Origin: Selaginella moellendorffii
Taxonomy: Eukaryota > Plantae > Lycopodiophyta
Assembly (NCBI RefSeq): GCF_000143415.4
Contig: NW_003314297.1
Span: 1,685,880 to 1,749,879 of the forward strand
Length of the DNA stretch: 64,000 nt
Reading direction: 5' to 3'
The notes under the pieces are model-generated. The model had not been told where the DNA came from. It was given only the letters and a program-made list of their open reading frames with translations, and did not search any database. The position numbers and the translations under genes were made by a program. Numbering within the stretch: the stretch's first letter is position 1; the number at the start of each line of letters is the position of its first letter. Below are positions 35,701-46,535 of the stretch, piece by piece.

Positions 35701-36688
35701 ACTCCCCACAAGCACAAGTAGCCAAACATACCAAGCTTCCAGGTTCCTAACATTCCTTGGTACCACAAGACTTGGTCATGGGACCCTCTAAATCCCAAGT
35801 CTCGGGTGTAACACTTGCTTCGGGACACCGGGGCGAAACACTGTGGCCTAACAGCCCGGTATGGGTACCTCTACCCCCCCCCACTTCCATCCCGAAGGAA
35901 GGTCCAAGCCGTTACGAAGGGCGAGGACCAATGAGCCGTATGGTACTCAAGTAGGGCACCACTCCACATGAGTCAAGAGCACCGTAGTCGGTTTCCCTTT
36001 CGGGAGTGGGAGCTGCTCTTGAGCACTTCCTGGGGTGGTCCCTCCGGCACCAACCAAATCCCTGGTCAATCCCACCCAAGGCCCTTCAATTTCAGTCTCC
36101 AACCTCAAGTCGGGGGGGGGGGNNNNNNNNNNNNNNNNNNNNNNNNNNNNNNNNNNNNNNNNNNNNNNNNNNNNNNNNNNNNNNNNNNNNNNNNNNNNNN
36201 NNNNNNNNNNNNNNNNNNNNNNGACCTCCCTACACCCTATACTCTTTTGGGAACCCTTTGAAGGCCCCCCCCCCCCCCCCCCCCCCCCCGCGAGACGCAC
36301 GCTTTGGGCTTTCACCCCTTGATTCGTATTAGTACTCGCACTTGGTCTCGGATTCGATCTCGGACTCGACTTCGGACTTGGTCTTGAACTCGATCTCGGA
36401 CTCGATCTCAGACCCGATCTCGGACTCGACTTCAAACTCGACCTCGGACTCGGTCTTGGACCTGATTTGGATCTCAGACTCTATCTCGAACTCAGTCTTA
36501 AACTCGGTCTCAAAGTTAGTCTCCAATTCGGCCTTAGACTCGATCCCGGACTCTATCTCGAACTCGGTCTCAAAGTCAGTCTTGGACTCGATTTTTGACT
36601 CGGTCCCATCCGATGAACTCTTTGTCATTTTGGTCATGCTTTCGGGGATCCTTTAGCCTACGACACCTTGGGGAGTTGGTTCCTTACA
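29798..36688 (-). mobile_element. Element B: Ty3/gypsy chromovirus nested in the gag of element A
   Basis: TSD ACGAT at 29793-29797 and 36689-36693. 5' LTR 35459-36688, PBS TGGTATCGGAGC just below 35459, and a truncated 3' LTR 29798-~30371. Contains gag, CYNCGEAGHFSREC, protease (LIDTGASDNF), RT/RNase H (32379-33608), integrase (31512-32339) and chromodomain (~30670-30830). Confidence 0.93.
36340..36605. repeat. Degenerate 6/12-nt tandem repeat (GACTCGATCTCG-like) in element B LTR
   Basis: Visible periodicity that produces spurious ES/SD-rich ORFs. Confidence 0.8.
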
Positions 36689-39600
36689 ACGATATGGAAA
36701 ACTATTTTATAGCGGCAGACATAGATGATTGTACGAAAGTTGTGTGCACGCAATCCTTTCTCACAGATCATGCCAAAACTTGGTGGCGCCAAGTGTGTGT
36801 TGAAAAAGGGCAAACTAGAAGTTGGACCAAGATGCGGTCTCATATCCGTAAGAAATACTTGCTGGATGATCTTGGTCTGAGACTTCGCGCGAAGCTACAG
36901 TGGTTAAAGCAGTGAGGGGATCTCATGCATTACGTTAATGTGTTTGCTCAAAAGCGCATTATGATTGCAAATATGAGTGACGAAGATGCTCGGAGTTATT
37001 TTCTGGAGGGTTTAAGTTCACTTTCTCGCAATGAGATTTTGAAGTTTAAGCCAAAGACGTACCTGGAGTGTAAGGAGGCAGCGCAACAAGTTGCCTTTAG
37101 TGACTCGCTCATGGAACAATATCAGCAACCGTATGCTGGTAACTCAGATAAGAATAAAAATTCTGGGAATAAACAAGGTGATCGGAAACAGAGGGTGGAA
37201 GACAGGTTCCACTCTGGAGGCTCACAAGTAACGGTTAACAAAGGTGGTGGTGGCTGGAGACCACCAGCAGCTTCTTCTGGTCCTAGGCCCTCTAGTCCTC
37301 CACTTGGTGGGTATAAGCAGCAGCAACTTGCAAAACCTACTCCTAGCGGAATGGGTAGTGTGGGTCATTGCTTCCATTGTGGAGAGTCAAGACATAGGTC
37401 CTCAGAATGTCCCAACAAGCATAAGACAAGGTCTCGAGTTAATGTCATGAGAGAAGACGGTGGTGGTGAACCTGAAGGGGTTGACGTGTTGGTCAATGCA
37501 AACTATGAGGAAGAAGAAGTGAGTAACTTTCGTTGCTTTCCTCAAGCTTTTCTTGCAGTCAATGCAAACACTGATCCGTTGATGTATCTGGTAGGCTTTG
37601 TCCGTAGACACCAAATTCAAGTGATGATTGACATGGGAGCTACGCATAGCGTGATATCCGAAGACTTAGTTAAGTTGTTAGGATTGAATGCTGAGCAAAT
37701 GTCACCTATACACTTCCAGTTTGTGAAAGGTGGGCAAGTAGCCAGAAAGTTTGTGAGTGATGTTCCAATAAAGATATCCAAGTGGAAAGAAAGAGTGGAC
37801 TTGGTAGCGTTGAAGATACCAGATTTTCAGATGGTGTTTGGTATGGATTTCTTCAACAAATATATAAAAGGGATTTATGGTGCTGGACAAAGTCATATCA
37901 CGTTGAAGTTAGAAGGACGTCCTGATGTGTCCTTCTACTTGCAAAAGCATTCCTCAAAGGATTGGGATGCAAAGTTCCTGATTGTGAGGGCCACTCAAAA
38001 AGCAGCTAAGAGGGGATGTCGGACCTTTTGGGTTCAAGTGATGGAAGCCGAGAGTGTTGGTGACTCTGTTTGAATTGGTGATGGGGTTGATCCTGTACCA
38101 AAGAAAATATTGGAGTTGTTGGCGAGGAATCAAGATATCTTTCCGAAGGATTTGCTGCCAGGGCTACCTCCTAGCCGTGAGGTTAATCATCGGATTGAGG
38201 TTATTCCGGGTTTTAAACCACCTACAAAAGCTCCATATCAATTGAACATCAAGGAGATGGCTGAACTCAAGAAGCAACTCACGAAACTTCTTGACAAAGG
38301 TCATATCCGACCAAGCAAGTCACCTTATGGAGCGCCAGTCATTTTTGGTATGAAAAAGGATGGAACCATGAGGATGTGTATTGACTATCGGGCACTCAAC
38401 CAAATCACAGTTAAAAATAGTTATCCTTTGCCTCGTATTGATGACTTGTTTGACCAACTCTTAAAGGCTAAGTATTTTACATGACTTGATTTGTGGTCCG
38501 GGTATCATCAGATATGGGTGGCGGATCAGGATGTGGAGAAGACAGCCTTTAAGACTCGGTACGGATCTTATGAGTTCCTTGTCATGCCGTTCGGGTTATG
38601 CAATGCTCCAACAATATTCAGCACTATGATGGATAGAATATTTAGAGATTATTTGGACGCATTTGCTGTCCTTTATATCGACAATGTTCTAGTCTTCAGT
38701 GAAATGTTGGAAGATCATTTGAAATACTTGGAGCTGGTTTGCGCGAACACAAACTGTATGCTAAGGAAAGTAAATGCGCTTTTGATCAATTACACGTAAA
38801 CTTTCTTGGACATATAGTTGGTGGTGGCATGATTGAAGTCGACCCAAAGAAAGTAGAAGCGGTGAAGTCTTGGGAAGTCCTAATCACTGTATCAGATGTT
38901 CGTTCCTTTCTCAGTTTGGCGGGATACTATCGCAAGTTTGTCCCCAATTTTGCAAGAATTGCTCTTCCGTTGACTGAGTTGACGAAGAGTAGTATTCCAT
39001 TTCATTGGACACCAGCTTGTTAGTGTGCTTTTGTACGATTGAAGGAGATCTTGACTAAGGTTCCTATTCTCAGGATCCCAGATCTTGATAAACCTTTCGA
39101 AGTGCATTGTGATGCATCTGGCTATGCTATTAGTGCCATGTTGCAGCAAGATTGTGACAAAGTGGTTGGTGTTACGCTAAGACGACATAGTTGTCCCGTT
39201 ACATTCTATTCCAAGAAATTGGATGAAACCCAACAAAGATGGCCAACGCATGAGAAAGAGATGTTTGCTATAGTGTCGGCCCTGGAACACTGGAGACACT
39301 ACTTGGGTGGACATACCAAGGTTTATACAGATAGTAACACACTGAGCTACTTTGCTATGCAGCCTAAGCTTACGCCGAAGCAGGCTCGTTGGCAAGAGAA
39401 GCTTGCTAGATATGATATCGAAATCATATATAAACCTGGTAAAGATAATATTGTTCCGGATGCATTGAGTCGTCAGGCTCAGTTCCGGGCAATATCGGCA
39501 ATCAGTTCAGACTGGATGGAGGATGTTCGGGCTTCATATGGAAGTGATCCATTGGCAAAGACAATCTTATGCCGTGTGGGGTTGTTGAAGCAAAGCCCTA

Positions 39601-41594
39601 GTAGCGAAGTAGCAAAAGTTGCTAGTCGCACTAATGCAAAGCTTCACTTCTCAGTTTGAGATGGGCTTATATTCTATAAGCAAGAAAGATTGTATCTTCC
39701 CTCTAAGGATCTGCAGCAGTTGTTTCTGCAAGAATATCATGATGTTTCGGCAGCGAGACATGGTGGGAAGCGAAAGACTCTAGCTTCATTGAAAAAGGGA
39801 TTTTTCTAGTCTGGTATGGAAGGTGATGTAGTGGACTATGTTCGTTCTTGCCCTATATGCCAGCAATGTAAGCGCAGAACTGAGAAGCAGGCTGGGAAGT
39901 TGCAATGCATTCCAGCACCAGCATGGCCATTTTAGAGTGTGACACTTGATTTCGTCACTTGCTTGCCGAAGTCTAAGGGTTATGATACTTTGATGGTGGT
40001 TGTGGATTGGTTGTCGAAGATTGCACACTTCATTCCAACTGTGGGAATAGTGATGGTGAAACAAGTAGCAAAGCTCTTTTTCCATGAAGTAGTGCGAGTT
40101 CGTGGTCTTCCTGAAGAGATGATCTTGGATAGAGATTCGAGGTTTACGGGGAAGTTTTGGGGCACACTGTTCCAGTTGTTCGGTACCAAATTGAAGTTTA
40201 GTACGGCTTATCATCCTTAGACTAATGGGCAGACCAAACGCGTGAATGCTCAAGTTGAGGATTATCTGCAGTACTATGTCGCGGCGGACCAACGAGACTA
40301 GGTTGAGCATTTGGATACAGCAAAAATATGTTATAACAACACATTTCACAGCGCTATAGGCTGTTCTCCATGGGAGATGCTACAAGGGAATGCTCGTGGG
40401 GTTCCTCAACAAATTGTTACTGAAACTAATGTCCGTAGTGTTGGTCCCAGCCGTTGAAACTTATGCAGAGAAACTACGCCAAGGTTGGTCTAGAGCTACT
40501 GAGGTGATGGGCAAAGCTCAGGATAGGTATCGACGTGATAAGGATTAGCATCGTTGGGATGTATCCTATCAAGTGGGAGATTAGGTGTGGCTATCTTCCC
40601 GGAACATTAAGGGATCTTTGTCTTAGAAGCTGTTACTGAGATATGTTGGACCTTATCGGGTGTTGAAACGTCTTGGTAATGTATCCTATTGGTTGGATCT
40701 GCCTGCGGAGATGTCCAATGTTCATAATGAATTTCATGCCAATTTATTAGCTCCTTACACTATGGATGTTGCACGTCAACGGGAGATTCGTCCACCGCTA
40801 GACGTTATGGATGGTGAACCTGAATATGAAGTAGAGGCTATTTTAGATTCACGCTGGCTTAAACGTGCCAAACTTCGGGAGTATCTCGTTAAGTGGAAAG
40901 GTTACCCAACTTGTGAATCAGCTTGGGAGCCTCTTCGTAATCTTACACATGCTCGTGAGCTTGTCGCAGAGTATGAGAATAGTAATAAAGACTAGTTTTT
41001 GTAAAAACCTTGTAATAAATCTTGCAAATTAATAAAATAATAAATTTCTATAAATCAAAAGTGTCATTTCTATCGTTCGTTCATACTTGGGTCAGTTTTG
41101 GCAGACTAACTTTGGCACTTCGGTGCATGGGTCCAATCCATAACCATGGGGATAACTATTATAGATTGATCACAAGTCTCTGCCTCTCTCTCGATGACTC
41201 ACTTTTGTAAAGGGGCGTGGTCATGTAAGCAACTTACTCTACCAGTTTATAGTAGTTGTCTAAATCTTCCCGACAGGGTTGGTTTCTTGCTCAAGGGAAG
41301 TTGGGCCTCTGGCCTTCTCCCTATGTCCCTACGGGTAGGGATGTATCATTCCTTTGTAAGACGAGTGGTACTCGGAGCAGCAAAGGTGGCTAACTCTGTT
41401 CGTCATTTCCTTGTCAGTGACAGCTGGAGGGTGTCTGAGTCTTAATGTCTTTGGACGTAGAGGAGAGGTCATTCCATAACTCATTTAAGTTGGTGTGTTT
41501 CCCACATAGTGTGCTTTTTATTAACTTTCAGAGTTGTTTCCTTGACTCGGGTATACATTGACGAGGACGTCGATCTTCCCCAAGGGGGGGAGAG

Positions 41595-42518
41595 TGTCGC
41601 GAATGTGACTTCGAGTATTGAAAGATACTTGTCGACCAGTCCTTATGGACACTCTTTCCTTACTGCCATGATGGCAGGAGGTCGATACTGCTAGTTCCTT
41701 TTATTGGCCCCTCTTGTCCAAGTGTTAGTAAACTGGACTTAGCATCTGTACTTGGCCGGATGAGCATAAGGACGGAATTCCTAAGTGTTTATTTGGCCAA
41801 GTATACTTGGCCAAGCTTTTTAGTTTTCTTTTGCTTTGTCTTGCACTGGTTTGGCAAGAACCTTTGCGTATTGAGACTACTCCCTCAATATCGCCAGATG
41901 ATAGCTTACCGTGTCTACTAAACACCCTCGCTATCATGCCCTTTGTGTTCGTCTCATTTCGGTCCCAAATGTTATTTATGGAAAGTGTCTAAATTCGCTC
42001 ATTTGGCATGTCTACAGAATGTAGAGGTTAGCCTGAACACAATGGTGTTCGTCCCATGTCCAAATTCACAATCTAAGGACATTCTATATTTAGTAAGTTT
42101 CGAGCTTGTCCTAGAGACTAACTCTTGGTACTAAGGGTGGATTGGGGTGAAAGCCCAAAGCGTGTGTTCCTCAAGAGGGGCAGGGGGGGCTGTGGGGGGT
42201 TCCAAATGTATAGTAGGGATAGTGGTTGGAATGTATATCTGACCACCTGAGACATTAGTTTGGCTCCCACTGGGCTGTGTCGCTCCTTGTTCTGCGTCCG
42301 GCTTGGGTTTAAGCCCTAGCTCCACACTGCTCTAGTCGGTGGGGTACCCTCCTCCTCGCGTTAGGCCACCGGTATGCTAAAATTGTGTCAGAATTCGTCT
42401 GACACCATTTTGCGTGTAGGTGCTGAATATGGGGAGCTGGTGCTCGTGGGATTGTACTGGACCCTCGTTTCGTAGTGCAATGGGCTTGGAGTTCAGCTCC
42501 AAATTCAGGTGCACTACA
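41595..42518 (+). repeat. Element A 3' LTR
   Basis: Preceded by the PPT and ends GGTGCACTACA. Confidence 0.9.
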
Positions 42519-44764
42519 AAAAATAGACTTGTAAAAGTTGCAGGGTAAATTTTAGAGCATGTACCCCATTGCTGCTTCCAACGTAGCCTTCATTCCAGGA
42601 TACAAACAATGATGTTCCTGCAAGATGGACCTTTGTAACCTTAAAAGCAATATCGTCACTTCTTGTTAATGCTGAGCCTTCATTTTCATCTTTCAAGAGG
42701 TCTAAAAACAGATCATCAACTTTGTAATACAAGCTTCTTCCAGAGCCTTCTTTGCTAGAATCATTGCTCCCACCAATGAAAGTTCCCGTGTAAGTCAATG
42801 CTCGAAGTGCCTAAAAAAAGATGCCTCGAGATAAACAAATCACAAATTTTAATGAGCATATCACCTCAAGTGCTGGGTCATTTCAAATGTTCCCTGTGTT
42901 TCCGTGCAAAGATCCAGTGCATTGTTCTAGACTCTGACCAAAACTGCATAAAAGCTTCACATGCTTCAACATCAGAAATCGAGTCATAGCTCGGAAATAC
43001 TCACTTGGCAGATACAGAAGAGCCAAGAACAGTTGCAAAATTGACAACTGCAAAACTCATAAACCCAGCCATCATCTTCTTGAAGCCAATTGTCATGTAT
43101 GATTGACGGTGGCAGTGCTTGCCCTTTGTTTGAAGCATCAAAGAGGTTCAAGAAACTTAATCTCCAATGTGTATGACTGTAATACATTCCAAGCAAGGTT
43201 GTCAGTAATCTAGAGAAGAAGAAAAGAGAATACAGATGTTTGCCAGGGAGCTAAAAGCATCAAAAATAGAAAACTCACCTCTTCAGTCACTGCCACTTGG
43301 CTCACTATTCTCAACACTGAGAACTTGCCAGTGGATAGATGGACTCGCAAAGGTTAAGCTTGTGCAAGTCAACCAAGGTAGCTTGGCCAGTGACTCTAGA
43401 ATGGGATCCAGCTTGTTCTCACTGAGCCATTGCACATAAAAATGCATTCAGTTTGGCTACAAACAATATGTGAAAGCTTTTTACCTCAAACTTAACAGTG
43501 CCATACCATTGTTTGGCATGAAGAACTGGAAGAAATCAGCTTGACTAAGGAAGACAATATTCAGTTTGCAGCAAACTTGACAAGATGGTGTGTAGTGAGC
43601 TGCTTCCGTTAGAGGTAGTGCTGAGCTTGGCATATAGCAGTAGAGATAGATTCAAGCAACCTCTTCAAGTGCATTATTGCAATCTCTCGACCAAGCTGAA
43701 TAGCAAAGTAGAGGATCCATTAGTAGCAAAGAGCAAGGTGTAAGTGACTAAGTTTTCCATTCTACTTTAGTCACTTAACCACACCTCCAACCACTTGGAG
43801 GAGTCTCATTCACAACCTCCATAAGTCCAATTCAGGACTTGGGACTTGCTAGCCCCGAGAATGGCATCCATGCCACTCAACATTTGCACTTGGTCCAAGT
43901 GCTCCACGTGTCCGATCCCATGACCGACACTCAAAGGTACCACCGACATGGCAGCTTGTTACGCTAAGGCCATGCCCAATCACCTTTGCCACACTGGTAG
44001 TCCAATACCACTTGCATCACAGTCTTGGCTCTCCAAGACTAGGCAAACCATCCGTGAGTGTTCATCTCAGATCCACTCCTTAGCATCCTTAGGATGCCCA
44101 CCGACAAGGGGAATAGCCTTCCCCAATATCCCTCTGTCAGTCCCCACTAAGTCCCTTTCTGCCCTTGGCCGTGTTTGCCAACACTGCCACTGGATCGAGG
44201 CCCACAGGCCCGACCACTAAGTCCCACGGTCCTTTGGGACTTCCTCACCACACGACTGTGTCCTTGGTCACTACCCCAGAGGACTACTCCTCTTCCTTTC
44301 CACAGTCTGGGCCTTTGGGACAACATTTCAGAACACCGTGGCCTTACGCGAGCCACTTGGGTACTCTCCCCGCCTTCCGCCCTTGGGTGCTCTAGCCATG
44401 GGCTTAGAGCGAAGTACTGTTGAGCCACGCCTGGTATCCAAGTAGGTAGTGCCACCCACACTTGGATTGGGAGCATCGGCTAGTCGATCTCTCGAGGGAA
44501 TTAGAGCCGGCTCTTGAACACTTCACCAAGCTACCCCGCTTATCAGTCCGTGTTCACTCTAGTCTTGGACTTCCCAGTGGTCAGCTCATCACCCAACACT
44601 GGGTCTGGCCTTCCTGGGCCAAACTGGCCTTTCCTGGCCAAACTGGCTCCCTGGGCTCCAACCCCCCACACTCTCCCTACTATACTTTTGGAACCCCCCA
44701 CAGCCCCCCCCCCCCCCTGGGGGACGATCGCTTTGGGCTTTCACCTAACTGCCTGTATTAGTAT

Positions 44765-44833
44765 TCGGACTCGGACTCGGACTCAGACTCAAACTCGGAC
44801 TCGGTCTCGGTCCCGGATTCAGACTCAGACTCA

Positions 44834-44872
<39 letters not shown>

Positions 44873-45225
44873 CCGGTCTCGGTTCCATCTCGGAATCCAT
44901 CTCAGACTCCATCTCGGGTTCATCTCGGACTCCATCTCGGGTACATCTCGGAGTCCATCTCGGACTCCATATCGGACTCCACTTCAGGTCCATCTCGGAT
45001 TCCATATCGAACTCCATCTCGGACTCCACTTCGAACCCCATATCGGACTCCATATCAAACTCCACTTCAGGTCCATCTCGGACTCCATATCGAACTCCAT
45101 CTCGGACTCCACTTCGGACTCCATATCGGACTCCATATCGGACTCCACTTCGGGTCCATCTCGAACTCCACTTCGGGTCCATCTCGGACTCCAACTCGGG
45201 TCTGCCTCGGACTCCATCTCGGACA
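44765..45225. repeat. GGACTC / GGACTCCATCTC 6- and 12-nt tandem arrays in element C 3' LTR
   Basis: Obvious periodic sequence running into an assembly gap. Confidence 0.85.
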
Positions 45226-45530
45226 NNNNNNNNNNNNNNNNNNNNNNNNNNNNNNNNNNNNNNNNNNNNNNNNNNNNNNNNNNNNNNNNNNNNNNNNNNN
45301 NNNNNNNNNNNNNNNNNNNNNNNNNGAGCTTTTAGTCCAAACGTGTTATGCTCGTTTGGCTTTCGCTTTGGCCACTACCACGTGGCACCCTTTCTGGCTC
45401 CACTTTGGGGCCTAGGGATTTTGTGTCTCACAACTCCACCACCCATAGACGAAGTTCGATGTCCTCATCGAACGGTAAACCATTTTATTAAGTAACACCC
45501 GCATGTGTTACCATTTCCATCTTTGGCACC

Positions 45531-46394
45531 TATAGCGCACCTTATCTCTCTCCCCTTAAGCCAATTGGAAAAGGGGCAATTGCTTGATGAGAGAGCCCTT
45601 AGTGGCTATTTCATCCCTATTTATCCCCCAAGGTTCCAAGGATCCACAGTGATAGTATATCCAAATCTCATCCCATGATCACATGCGCTACACTCACCCC
45701 CCCTTTAGAGATGTCAATGTCCTCATTGACTATTGACTAGCAACCCCTACTGAGCCAAGGGGAACCAGCACTTCCATTTCCACACTCAATCTACCAGTGG
45801 TTATTTTATCCCCATTTATCCCCCAAGGTTCCAAGGATCCACGGTGACAGTATATCCAAATCTCATCCCATGATCACATGCGCTACATTCACCCCCCCTT
45901 TAGAGATGTCAATGTCCTCATTGACTATTCAACCCCTACTGAGCCAAGGGGAACCAACACTTCCATTTCCGCACTCAATCTACCAATCCTTCCATTGTGT
46001 CGACCAGCTATTCCATGTGAGGCAACTAGTCATCCACCCGTACCGCAGTCCCACAGTGGATACCTTCGTCCGTGGATACTCCACACAAGAGGAAGGACGT
46101 ACGCATGGATGCCCAATATGTACGATTTTCAAATTTAGGGGTAGGAATATACCTTGCTCAAGGGTATATTATATTTTTAAGTAGCCACTAATCAATGGGA
46201 ATCGAACCCGTGCCATTTGCTCCGATACTAACTGTAGCGCACCTTATCTCTCTCCCCTTAAGCTAATTGGAAAAGGGGCAATTGCTTGATGAGAGAGCCC
46301 TTAGTGGCTATTTTATCCCCATTTATCCCCCAAGGTTCCAAGGATCCACGGTGATAGTATATCCAAATCTCATCCCATAATCACATGCGCTACA
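45531..46394 (-). mobile_element. TRIM (terminal-repeat retrotransposon in miniature) nested in element C
   Basis: 162-bp LTRs 45531-45692 and 46233-46394 with TGTAGCGCA/TGCGCTACA termini. TSD GCACC on both sides, PBS-like TAGTATCGGAGC and PPT AAAGGGGGGGTGAG. An internal duplication gives a third partial LTR (~45797-45887). Confidence 0.9.
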
Positions 46395-46407
46395 GCACCT
46401 AGCCAAT

Positions 46408-46535
46408 ATTTGTCAATGGTTTGACATTGAAGGCTCACCATACCTTCTCCATATTCGTCAATGGTTTGACATTGAAGGCTCACCATGCCTTTTGCATATT
46501 CCTCAATGGTTTGACACCAAAGGCTCACCATGCCT
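46408..46535. repeat. ~42-bp tandem repeat, three copies
   Basis: TCAATGGTTTGACA...AAGGCTCACCAT is repeated three times. Confidence 0.75.

Larger units (their letters stand above)
28091..42518 (+). mobile_element. Element A: Ty3/gypsy chromovirus LTR retrotransposon (degenerate), interrupted by element B
   Basis: LTRs 28091-29210 and 41595-42518 (TG...CA), PBS TGGTATCA at ~29213 and PPT AAGGGGGGGAGAG at 41582-41594. Contains gag with CCHC-like knuckle, protease (IDMGATHS), RT, RNase H, integrase and chromodomain (YEVEAIL..YLVKWKGY..WEP, 40820-40990). No clean TSD. Confidence 0.92.

Noticed and set aside
44765-45225. CRISPR-like periodicity
   Set aside because: No unique spacers; a simple tandem repeat in a eukaryotic LTR.
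44514-45335. RS/SD/ES-rich ORFs resembling SR proteins (also 36329-36656 and 51298-52147)
   Set aside because: Translations of LTR tandem repeats.
45580-45615. Hammerhead ribozyme (retrozyme) in the TRIM LTR (TTGATGAG)
   Set aside because: The CUGAUGA core is imperfect and no downstream GAAA core was found.
46190-46232. Possible tRNA gene from GGTTCGATTCC
   Set aside because: No acceptor, D or anticodon arms; it is the TRIM PBS region.
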